A stretch of 64,000 nucleotides of DNA from Eledone cirrhosa (lineage: Eukaryota): positions 332,196,001 through 332,260,000 of the forward strand of contig OZ024743.1 of NCBI GenBank assembly GCA_964016885.1, in the 5' to 3' direction. The notes under the pieces were generated by a model. That model was not told the origin of the DNA, searched no databases, and was given only the letters and a program-made list of their open reading frames with translations. Below, in pieces: positions 11,433 through 23,311 of this stretch. Made by a program: the position numbers and the translations under genes. The first letter of the stretch is position 1. The number at the start of each line of letters is the position of its first letter.

Positions 11433-14040
11433 GTGGCTTTTCAATACACCGACAGTATGCTGACAAAGGACCATCTTCCGTTATCACTTAAGAATATACC
11501 CATACCACCAAGGGGTACTTATGAAAAGCAGCTTATAGCCAGCGTTAATTCGTTTGTAAGGAGAATAAGATGGCGCACATTCCACTTCGATAGGCGCCGT
11601 AGCGCCCCACTAGAGAGTCCATCGAATAATAAGTATGGATTTAGGACATTTAGGAGCCCGCCCCATAACCCTCTACTCGATAAATTTGAGAGTGATCTAT
11701 TGTCTCTTGTCCGGTCTATTAGGTATAAAAGGAAAAACGGTAAGCGTAGCGGCTTCCAAACTAAGTTAGAATCACTAGTTAAATCTTTTAAGGACAGAAA
11801 TTGTATACTCATACCCTCGGACAAGACTAAGAATATGTACAACCTGAGTTATGAAGAATACCGCGGATTCATATACAATGAGCTACATAAAAACTATAAA
11901 AAAACCACTGTAGCCAACCTAAATGAGATTAACAGGGAGGCTAAAGTGATAGTAACGAAGCTAGGATTAGAGAAATGCACACAACCTTACACCCCCCGAT
12001 AACCAAGGTTCACATTGAAAGATCATAAGGAGGACTTTGCAAGTAGCCCCTCTGTCAGGCTCATTAGCCCCTCTAAATCTGACATAGGGATTATAAGTAA
12101 AAAAATACTAGATGAAGTCATACCGAAAGTTAAGGACAGGATTAGCCTGGACCTATGGGGAAACACTGCAGAAGTGATAAAGTGGTTCTCAAGCATTAGC
12201 AACCACAAATCACTACGCTTCATCCAGTTCGATATAGACTCCTACTATACGTCTATATCCCACATACTACTGAATAAGGCGCTCATGATGGCAACGCGGA
12301 CGGGTGGACTCACTAGATCCCAGACTGACATAGTCCTTGCCGCTCGTAAAACAATTATCACATTTGAGAATGAATTGTGGACGCGCAAGAACACTCGTAA
12401 TAACTTCGACATCACTATGGGATCTAGTGACTCAGCACAGGTGACAGACCTCGTCGGATTGTACTTGCTCAAGGACCTCAACGAGCAGTTCCCACACCTC
12501 AGAGGTGGGCTATACCGTGACGACGCATTGCTTACTGTGGAGTTTAAACGACACAACCTAGAAAGAACTAGAAAGGACCTATATAAATTCTTCAAGAATT
12601 TTAACCTATCAATAACTATGGATAGAAATAGTAAGGTAGTCAACTTTCTAGATGCCACACTAGACCTAGATAAGTTAGAATATGCACCGTACCATAAACC
12701 TAACGAAAGGCTGACATACGTCAATGCCAACTCCAACCACCCAGGCTCAGTCCTCAAAGCAATAGTTAAGGGAGTATCTAGTAGGATTAGCGGACTATCT
12801 AGCAGCGTGACCGCATTTAAGGCGAACGCGGAGTATTACAATAAGGCGCTAACTGGGTCAAAGCACAAAGATAAACTCCATTATGTTGAGACAGGCGGCA
12901 CCACCCCACCACCCCAACCCAGCACTGTAATCACGCATATGTCCATGGGAGATGGAGGGAGAGCTAGAAAGACGAATAGGGACAATAGGAATTTAGCTAA
13001 GAACAACACTCGCAATGCATACACGGATAGGGCCCACGCACCTGGAAAGCGCTACGCCGCCCCAAGCAAGTCCAACAGTGAAAACGGGGGCCAGAGGCCT
13101 AGGAGTTTTGAAACCAACACACATACCACTGGGAGCCCAGCAACCACACCTGGTAGAACCCGTAATAATATAGATGAAGGGAGGGTAAGCAGCATAGGGG
13201 ATAAGAAACGCAGTGGAAGGAATAGAAGACATGATAGTACCTTCTTTAACCCGCCCTTCAGCTCTAATATTACTACAGACCTCCCCAAATTTTTTTCTCT
13301 TTAATAGATAGGAACTTCCCCCCAGGTAGTAGGTACGGTAGTGTCATCAATAAGAATACTATCAAACTATCGTACTCAACAACCCCTAATCTGGCCTCAC
13401 ACCTAGCTCATACCAATAAGAGTAAGATTAAAGAGGGACTTAAGGCCATCCGAAATAGGAACCATGCCAGTACACACGACAACACGGGACCAACCCACTG
13501 AATGAAAGACCCAGGGGGATAACAGGCAATAGAACCGGTCCCACTAGGCAGCCCCGCGGCCGCTTGGAGGGACATGCACCCCTGATTGAGGAGCATGACC
13601 CTATTAGAAAGTGTAATTGCAGACGGAAGGACAAATGCCCACTAGCTGGACACTGCCTTATTAGCAACGTAGTATATGCTTGTAACGTAACCACAGACAC
13701 GTATACTAAGACGTATGTGGGGTCAACCGCTAACCAGTTCAAAACGAGTTTCAACACCCACCAGCATAGCTTCCGATATGAGAAGCTTAAAAATACCACG
13801 TCGTTAGCGGGGCACATACATAACTTAAAACAAACAAAAACCCCCTACACACTAAGCTGGAGATGCCTTACTAAAGCTCCTCCATATAGCTCGTTGAGCA
13901 GGTTTTGTAGCCTGTGCCTAACTGAATCTCATGCCATAGTATTCTCAGGACTTAACTTGCTCAACAGGAGGTCAGAAATCTTCTCGTCCTGCCCCCATAC
14001 TATACTTAGCTCTTTCTTTTTCTTCAGACCAGACACATAG
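11433..14040 (+). pseudogene. PLE polyprotein (RT + Cys-rich linker + GIY-YIG), disrupted
   Basis: SLKNIPIP, RRIRWR, FDIDSYYTSI, MGSSDSA, LYRDDA, NFLD, YHKPN..SNHP, FFNPP, KLSYS, CNCRRKDKCPLAGHC, VVY..YVG, CSLC, LLNRRSEIFSSCPH. In-frame TAA at 12000, frameshift at ~13300, further disruption at ~13500. Confidence 0.9.
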
Positions 14041-15341
14041 CCCTGACCCCACCCTGTCCCGCACATGGCTGCCCCGCTGGCGAATAGGGTGCTCTTGAGT
14101 AACCCCGGCCGCATTGATGCCTCGGCTCCCCGATTGCCGATGGGGACTCTGGTGAGGAACAGTCGACCCTGTGTCCCACTTGCCAACTTGGGATTGGTGG
14201 AAGCATTGTTGTTGGGCACCCTGGGGGCAGCTGATGCCTGCGGTGTGGGACATTGTGAGTGCCTGAACCCATGTTGACTAATCGGGGGAGGTGCCGTCGG
14301 AGATGTATGTCAACAAATTCGGGAACTTGCCCAAGGAAACAGTAACAGAACACCCAATATGGTGGCCGCTCCCTGCCTATAACCAATCAACCCCCCCCCC
14401 CATAATAAACCCCCCTCCCCCAAATAGATGCCCCTCCCCATTCTCCCCCATTCACTTCCTTTGAGTTAGTTCTTCTTTATTATTATTGGTTCTTTTTGAG
14501 TTAATGGGCTTGGAGAGTTGACTCCCTTGATGTCTGACCACTCGATAAGTTAGGGGTTGTGCCCCTTGAGCAGGGGTGAGTCTAGCTGGTCTACCTGCTG
14601 TCTGCTACTACCCGAGACTGGACACGGTCATAGCCACAGGCCAGCGCGTGCGCGATAGCATGGAATATATATTTTCTGCTAGTCACCTCGTGTAATATGA
14701 TACCCCAAGATTCCATGCATGAGATTCACCGAAGCATGCGCAGTCTTAACCGGGAGATGACATGCGAACTTGAAAATACCACAAGAGAGACCCTTTGGAT
14801 AGCGTAGACGCCGGACCATACCCGCAAATATATACCCTGATCTGTCTTGAATATTCATGGCTGACGGAATATGGATAACACGACCACCATCTTAGCTGGA
14901 ACCGACCCCTACAACAAACAAAGAGGGGACAGCCCTTCGCATTTGACCAGTCGCGTGTGTGCTTGGAGTTCGTGAGAGGAGGTGATATTAGCGAGAGACA
15001 CAATATACCACCCCAGTCAAATCCACACTGGTTTTTTTACCAATATAGCATGTAAACCAATATATCCTCTGCAGCGAGACCTTGGATTTAGAACCGGCAG
15101 GCTGATCTATCGCAAAAGCGTGCAACCCCCGAAACTAAAAGATCGAACGGACCACACCCAGCAACCACTAGCTATTTGATCCACAGGTACATTTCCCAGA
15201 GAGTCCACACAGCTGATAGTGAATCCCAGTTGATTCGTGAACTCTGAACTTTTAAACAAGACCAACTGTGCCTGGAGCTATGCAGATGACTACATACGCA
15301 CAATGGATATCGCACCCACAAGGTCACCTGTATTGTTCATC

Positions 15342-15593
15342 TTGCTGTATGTGTGTAAAGTATCCATGCGTGGGATATCCCTGAGTACATTTTCTTGACT
15401 ATCAATTGTTTATTGATTATTTGTTAATTAGGCAGGAATATACCATTATGTCTTTGTTAATCCTATGTGTTGCTGTATGTGTGTAAAGTATCCGAGCGCG
15501 GGTTATCCCTGAGCTAATTTTGCTTGACTGTTAATTGTTTATTGATTATTTGTTAATTAGGCAGGAATATATTATTATGTCTTTGTTAATCCT
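15342..15593 (+). repeat. 128-bp tandem duplication in the PLE 3' region
   Basis: TTGCTGTATGTGTGTAAAGTATCC starts at 15342 and 15470. Confidence 0.85.
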
Positions 15594-15991
15594 GTATTAA
15601 TAATTTTATAATAATTTTTTGATAGTACATTATTAGATTACTGAAGCTACCTTATACCTTCTTAAAAATACATTTTATAATTATTGTCTTTTTGCTTATG
15701 TATTTTCTTACTTATCATTTTCTTTAATCTTGCCCAACTTGATAAGCTCTTTGAATTGCTCCCTAATTAAATTACTTAAATTACTTAAATTATTTTATCT
15801 ATTATACCTAAGTTGTATCTGTTGAAGCAGCCCTTTGAAAATTCCTCTAATATCCCAAATCCCGTAATTTTTAACTTCTAATTTATAATTTTCCTCAATT
15901 CGTTTATATATATCCTTAAAGGCTCTCTAAAATTTTAATTCTTCGAAGGGTCTCTCGGGAGAGGTGCTTATTAAAAATATTAAAGGGGCTG

Positions 15992-16761
15992 AGGGATTTT
16001 TTGAAGGCTTTTTGAATTAACCTTTAATTGATTAGTTTCTTTCAACTTAGTAGGGATTATCAAAACTTCGTAAATTTTCTGAAATTTTTTAACGTGATCT
16101 CTGGGGAAGAAAATTTTTTTCTTTCAAAAAAAATTTTTTTCTCTCGAAGTAATTTTTTAGGAAACTTTATATTTTTTTAGGAAACTTTATATTTTTATTT
16201 TTTTATTTATTTATTTATTTTTTTAGTCTCTTAATCTCTTCTGGTTTGTTAGGTTTATTGGGACTTATAAGCTTTATGCACTTATGGAGGGATTTTTTAA
16301 GGTGCTTCTACGAGGTCCCAAGTCCTTTACTTTTAATGCGTAAATTATAAATTATCTCATTTTTAACCTTCAATCAATGACTCTTAACTCCCCATAACCC
16401 ATCCCTTTTACAACTCCGACAACTAACATAAAAGAGCCCCCTTAGAATATAGACGCCAAATATACAAGCGGAGCTGCTGATGTATACCACAATTTCAAAC
16501 TGCTAATCTTGAGTGAAACGTTGATGTAAATAATGAACTTACAATCACATGTTATATGCCTTGAAAAGTCCCACCATATGGTCGGACGAAACGGCTGTCG
16601 GCAATAAACTTGTTGTAATGTCATAATAGTTCCTTTGTTCTTTTTCATTAATATTTCTGCTCTGCTTATACGCATAGAGCTTAACTAGCTACCGTCGCAT
16701 ATTTGGTAGGTCAGGCGTGATCATCGCGATTCACATACGACCTACCATACATCTTGCTTAT
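15992..16761 (+). repeat. 3' pseudo-LTR
   Basis: Direct copy of 10611-11380; ends in a (TA)n array. Confidence 0.9.
16552..16607 (+). ncRNA. Hammerhead ribozyme, U3-A8 variant (3' pLTR)
   Basis: Identical to 11171-11226; predicted cleavage after 16599. Confidence 0.75.
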
Positions 16762-16809
16762 ATATATACATATATATGTATAAACATATATGTATATACA
16801 TATATACAC

Positions 16810-16840
<31 letters not shown>

Positions 16841-16847
16841 CATATAT

Positions 16848-16888
<41 letters not shown>

Positions 16889-16899
16889 CATATATACAC

Positions 16900-16933
<34 letters not shown>

Positions 16934-17015
16934 AAACATATATGTATATACATATATACACATATATATATATATATATACATATATAAACATATATGTA
17001 TATACATATATACAC

Positions 17016-17098
<83 letters not shown>

Positions 17099-17129
17099 TA
17101 TGTATAAACATATATGTATATACATATAT

Positions 17130-17166
<37 letters not shown>

Positions 17167-17373
17167 TATGTATAAACATATGTATATACATATATACACA
17201 CATATATATATATATATATATACATATATATGTATAAACATATATGTATATGCATATATACACACATATATATATATATATGTATAAACATATATATATA
17301 TGCATATATACACACATATATATATATATATATACACATATATATGTATAAACATATATGTATATACATATAT

Positions 17374-17420
<47 letters not shown>

Positions 17421-17837
17421 TATGTATAAACATATATGTATATACATATATACACATATATGTATAAACATATATGTATATACATATATACACATATATG
17501 TATAAACATATATGTATATACATATATACACATATATGTATAAACATATATGTATATACATATATACACATATATGTATAAACATATATGTATATACATA
17601 TATACACATACATATATATATATAGATATATATATACATATATATGTATATACATATATATATATATATATACATATATATATACATATATATATATATA
17701 CATATATATATACATATATATGTATATACATATATATATACATATATATGTATATACATATATATATACATATATATGTATATACATATATATACATATA
17801 TATATATATACATATATATGTATATACATATATATAC

Positions 17838-17906
<69 letters not shown>

Positions 17907-18098
17907 TATACATATATATATACATATATATACATATATATATATACATATATATACATATATATATACATATATATACATATATACACATATATATACA
18001 TATATATATATATACATATATATACATATATATGTATATACATATATATACATATATATATATACATATATATGTATATATGTATATATATGTATATA
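16762..18098. repeat. ~1.3-kb (TA)n-based compound microsatellite
   Basis: TA runs punctuated by TATAAACATATATG and TACACA variants. Confidence 0.95.
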
Positions 18099-18491
18099 CG
18101 GCTGGAGAGAAATGAGGCAAGCATGCTCCGTTGGATGTGCAGTGTAAATGTGCGTGAACGACCCAGCATAAATGTGTTGAGAGAGAAACTGTGTCTGAGA
18201 GGGATAGAATGTAGTGTACGGGAGAGGAGACTGAGGTGGTATGGACATGTGATGCGCATGGAGGATGACCGATGGGTGAAGAAGTGCCAGGAATTGCCAG
18301 TTGAGGGAAGACGTGGTAGAGGTAGACCACGAAAAACATGGGTGGAGGTGGTGAGAACAGACCTCAGATCATTGAAGCTCACGGTGGAGATGACGAGGGA
18401 CCGTGACGAGTGGAGAGATGCTGTGCTGAATAAGACCCGTCCCACCCTTGCAAGCAGGGAAAAGCGGACGTAAAATGATGATGATGATGAT
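18099..18491 (+). mobile_element. RTE LINE 3' fragment, family C
   Basis: [14 protein letters not shown]...RLRWYGHV...GRPRKTW, ending in a (GAT)n tail with almost no 3' UTR. Confidence 0.9.
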
Positions 18492-18642
18492 ATATATGTA
18501 TATACATATATACATATATATATACATATATAGTAATAATAATAAATTTGAAGACTAAAATCCAAAGAGGCTCGATAAGGATAAATATATATCAGATATA
18601 TAAGAACCGTAGAGCAAATATTTATTAAAATAACAGATTAAC

Positions 18643-18691
18643 GTTTAAGCAAAGAATCGCTGCTTTCACCCTTAACGGGATCTTCTGAAAC
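18643..18691 (-). ncRNA. Degenerate hammerhead-like motif (core CAGAAGA)
   Basis: Minus strand: GTTT-CAGAAGA-T-CCC-GTTAA-GGG-T-GAAA-GCA..TGC-TT-AAAC. Confidence 0.4.
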
Positions 18692-18825
18692 TAAAAAAGT
18701 CAATTTGGGAACGCAAAAGTAAATATTTCGAAAAACGTTGCAACCGAAGAAAGACAGGAAGATGATACTTTGGTTCGTGGAAACGTTCCCTGGCAAAGAA
18801 CGGGAAAAACGAAGATAATACGTCA

Positions 18826-18930
18826 TTCGAGGTTAACTTTGCCTTTCATCCTTACGGGGTTGATAAAATAAAGTACCAGTAATGCACTGGGTAATTGCTG
18901 GCCTTGTGCCAAAAGTAGAAACAATTATTT
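18826..18930 (+). mobile_element. SINE family 1, 3' half
   Basis: GAGGTTAACTTTGCC...GTAGAAACAATT. Confidence 0.8.
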
Positions 18931-19016
18931 GGAGCCGTGAAAAACAATTACACACAAAGACAAAACCACGTTTATGGTATAACAGAAATCGTAGACTATA
19001 TTTTTATATATATATA

Positions 19017-19297
19017 TCATCATCATTTAATTTTACGTCCGCTTTTCCCTGCTTGCAAGTGTGGGACGGGAACTGATACTGGCTTGATTTCTACAGCTGG
19101 ATGCCCTTCCTAACACCAACCTCATTTACAGTGAGTGCTGGGTGCTTTTTTGCCGTGGCACCTACACGACCAGTTTGCAGTGGAATCATAGGGACCCCAG
19201 TTCCTATTATCTCATTTCTACAGCTGAGTAAACTGGAGCAATGTGAAATAAAGTGTCTTGCTCAAGGAAACAACACACTTTATTTCACATTGCTCCA
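19017..19297 (-). mobile_element. SINE-like retroposon with RTE tail and fold-back 5' end
   Basis: RTE-type tail at 19017-19160; SINE family 2 body (CACATTGCTCCAGTTTACTCAGCTG); 23-bp inverted repeat 19234-19256/19275-19297. Confidence 0.7.
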
Positions 19298-19313
19298 TAT
19301 ATATATATATATA

Positions 19314-22000
19314 TGGACGGTCGTAAACACAAAAGCCTTCCCTAGTGAGGAATGTACATCCCAACATAGCTTAGTTGTCAGCGACCTCACGGTCAGAACT
19401 AGACGAGCCCTGAAACAGAGGCCAACCTGGAGAAGAAAGATCTGGAAGCTGAAAGTCCCCTCAACCAGTAACAGATTTAAAGATATTTTACTCAACGCCT
19501 ACGACAGTAAAGAAGAACAGATAGAGACATTTAACGTAGAAGAGAACTGGGAGTTCCTAAAAAATAACTTACTAGAGGCGACGGATGAGGTTTGTGGCTG
19601 GAGTAAGACCTCAAGCAGGAGGAGAGTGACTTGGTGGTGGAACAATAAGGTAGATGAAGCAGTCAAGGCCAAGAGACAGGCATGGAAAGAATGGAAGAAC
19701 GGGGGGAGCAGGGTACATTACATAGAGACCAAGAGGGAAGCTAGGCGACAAGTATACTTAGCTAGGAGGGAAGCAGAGGATAGAAAATTCAAGCATGTTT
19801 TACAACGTGAGGACCAGAAACAGGAGGTATTCAAGATTGCGAGGCAGTGTGTCAGAGATAGTTGTGATGTCATTGGAGAGAAGTGTATCCGGAATGATAA
19901 GGGTGAGCTTGCCCTCACAAGTGCTGAGAAGAAAGATGCATGGAAGAGTCATTATGATAGATTACTAAATGAGGAGAATGCATGGGAAGAAGAGACCCTA
20001 CCCCACGTAGACCCTATAGAGGGACCAGCAGTACAAGTCAGCGGCAGCGTAGTAAGTAAGGCAATCAGAGATATGAAGATAGGGAAGGCAACCGGTCCAT
20101 CGGGTATAGCTGCCGAGATGCTGAAGGCATCTGGGTCTGTAGGTCACACTATAACCACACGTATCGTTAACCAGGTAATACTAGAGGGGGCCATACCAAA
20201 AGATTGGTGCAGTAGCATCATTGTCAACTGCTACAAAGGTAAAGGGGATGCACTAGATAGAGGAAACTATAGAGGTATAAAGTTGATGGACCAGGTCATG
20301 AAAGTAACAGAAAGAGTTATAGCACAGCTGATTAGGGACCGGGTGAATATAGACGAGATGCAATTTGGGTTTGTACCAGGGAAAGGCACCACTGATGCGC
20401 TCTTCCTTGTGAGGCAATTACAGGAAAAGTACCTAGCTAAAAGTAAGCCACTCTACTTGGCATTTGTCGACCTTGAGAAAGCCTTTGACAGAGTTCCACG
20501 TGCAGTAATCTGGTGGGCTCTTAGAAAACTAGGAGTAGATGAATGGCTTGTGAAAGCGGTACAAGCCATGTATAGGGGAGCAGTCAGCAAAGTTAGGATT
20601 GGCAATGAGTATAGCGAGGAATTTAGCGTACAGGTTGGGGTCCACCAGGGCTCTGTTCTTAGCCCTCTCCTGTTCATCATAGTCCTGCAGGCAATAACGG
20701 AGGAGTTTAAGACCGGATGCCCATGGGAACTCCTGTATGCTGATGACCTCGCACTCATAGCTGAATCTATGGTAGAACTAGAGAATAAATTCCAAACCTG
20801 GAAGCAGGGACTAGAGAGAAAGGGCCTCAAAGTCAACATGACAAAGACTAAGGTCCTTATAAGTAGACGAGAAAACAGAACCCAGATCCCCTCAGGGAAA
20901 TGGCCTTGCTCAGTATGTAGGAAAGGTGTAGGTAGGAACTCCATTCTTTGCCCCAAATGCAAACAATGGGTACACAAGAGATGTAGCGGGATCTCAGGAA
21001 GCTTAATTAAGAATGTAGGATTCACATGCAGCAGCTGTGCTGAAACAGCAAGCAAACAGCCACAGGAAACAAGTACCACCAATCTCTGGGAGGGCCCTGT
21101 AGAAACAGTAGACAGCTTCTGCTACCTAGGTGACCGAATTAGCAACGGAGGTGGGTGCTCAGAAAGTACAATAACTAGGGTAAGAACGGGATGGAAGAAG
21201 TTTAGGGAACTACTACCACTGCTAGCTGCAAAAGGCTTCTCCCTCAGAATGAAAGGCAGACTGTATGATGCGTGTATCCGAACAGCGATGTTGCATGGTA
21301 GTGAGACCTGGGCGCTGAAGGTGGAAGACTTACGTAGATTAGAGAGAAACGAAGCCTGCATGCTCCGATGGATGTGTAACAGTAATATACGTGAACGACA
21401 AAGCATAAATGAATTGAGAGAGAGACTGAGCATAAGAGGAATCAAATGCTGCGTGCAGGAGAGGCGGTTACGCTGGTATGGACATGTGATGCGTATGAAG
21501 GATGACAGCTGCATAAAAAGGTGCAGAGCACTAGAAGTTGATGGAAACCGCGGAGTGGGGAGACCCAAGATGACTTGGGATGAGGTGATAAAAGCCGACC
21601 TTACCCAACTACACCTCTCAAAGTCAATGACACACGACCGTGACTTCTGGCGTCACACAGTAATACAGGGTACCCGACCTCCCATGGGTACATGCTGAAG
21701 CATATAAACAATATGCCCCCCCCCCCACCGCAGGGTGGCCGTGGAGGTGCCACGGCAAAAAAGCACCCAGCCCACACTGTAAAGTGGACGTGTAGGCGCC
21801 ACGAAAAAGCACCCAGCACTCACTGTAAATGAGGTTGGTGTTAGGAAGGGCATCCAGCTGTAGAAATCAAGCCAGATCAGTTCCTGTATGAGCAAGGCAT
21901 GGTCAGCCGACCAGACACTGCCCACAACAGGACAACCCGTCTAATCCATGCTAGCGTGGAAGAACGGACGTAAAACGGTGATGATGATGATGATGATGAT
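19314..22000 (+). mobile_element. RTE-clade LINE, family A, truncated within the AP endonuclease; uninterrupted ORF to 21698
   Basis: SQHSLVVSDL (APE C-terminal motif), [38 protein letters not shown]4HC3 finger, YLG, RWYGHV; 3' UTR and (GAT)n tail. The first ~70 codons of ORF 19101 are unrelated flank. Confidence 0.95.
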
Positions 22001-22002
22001 AT

Positions 22003-22163
22003 ATTATAATAATTGTTTCTACTTTTGGCACAAGGCCAGGAATTACCCAGTGCATTACTGGTACTTTATTCTATCGACCCCATAAGGATGAAAGGCAAAG
22101 TTAACCTCGGCGGGATTTGAACTCAGAATGGCAAGGCCTGTAACTCTATGCGTCAAAGCATGG
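22003..22163 (-). mobile_element. SINE family 1, head truncated, tail-to-tail with the LINE
   Basis: Reverse complement of 4796-4955. Confidence 0.85.
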
Positions 22164-22553
22164 AAAAATGGATGTTAAACCATGATGAGGATGATGATCG
22201 TGATTCTATATAAATATATATCTACATACAGGAAATGTGTGTGTGTGTATATGTATATATGTCACTATCATAGAAATAGACAGTTATTCTATACACATAC
22301 ATAAATATATATCTCTATACAGAAAGGGTATGTGTTAGAGAGTGTGTGTATATGTATATAAACATGTGTCATTATCATAGAAATATTTATTGTGTATACA
22401 TATATAAATATCTATCTCCATACAGGAAAGGTATGTATGTGAGAACTTGTATATGTGTGTGTGAAATAGTTTTCTTTGTATATATATATATATATACACA
22501 CATATATACAGAGAAGGTATGTGTGTGTGTTTGAAATAGTTATTCTCTTTCTT

Positions 22554-22653
<100 letters not shown>

Positions 22654-23311
22654 TATATATACACACACACACATATATATATATATATACATACATACAT
22701 ACATATATATACACACATATATATACATATATATACACATACATATATATACACATATACACATACATATATATATATACACATATACACATACATATAT
22801 AAACATATATGCATACATACATATATATATACATACACACATACATACATACATATACATACACACATACATACACATACATACACACACATTATATATA
22901 TACATACATAGACATACACACAGGAAAGGTTAGATGGCCCATGAAATTGAGTTTATCCAAAACCTGTCTTATTTCCTGTTAATTCCAAATATTTTCAATC
23001 AATCCAAACTGTCACATACCATCATTACAATAAGGACGAGAGGAGAGAAGGGAATACCTCAGGGACCCCTTCTGCATACTAAATAGATACATATATATAT
23101 TAGGTGCCTCACATGTAATATAGTGAGTTAAGAAACCATATCTCATCTGATCTATCATTACTTTATCTACCATCAACTTCACACTTCCTCAACCAATTCA
23201 CATTTGTCATTCGAAAGCTGTTGTGTAGCTCCAGTTAATGCTGATCAACTAGCTTAGTGGTTAAAATGTTAAAACTGATAAACTAGCTTAGTCTTTAAAA
23301 TGTTAGATATG

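Larger units (their letters stand above)
10611..16761 (+). mobile_element. Near-complete Penelope-like element, Hydra-clade-like, with direct pseudo-LTRs
   Basis: Direct repeats 10611-11380 and 15992-16761 flank an RT-GIY-YIG frame; both ends abut (TA)n. Confidence 0.9.

Noticed and set aside
16711-18565. Long ORFs (up to 607 aa) rich in Y/I/H/T/C/V, here and at other TA arrays
   Set aside because: Stop-free translations of (TA)n/(CA)n microsatellites, not genes.
20453-21568. Antisense ORFs over the LINE RT, recurring in each copy
   Set aside because: Shadow frames of the coding strand with no independent motifs.
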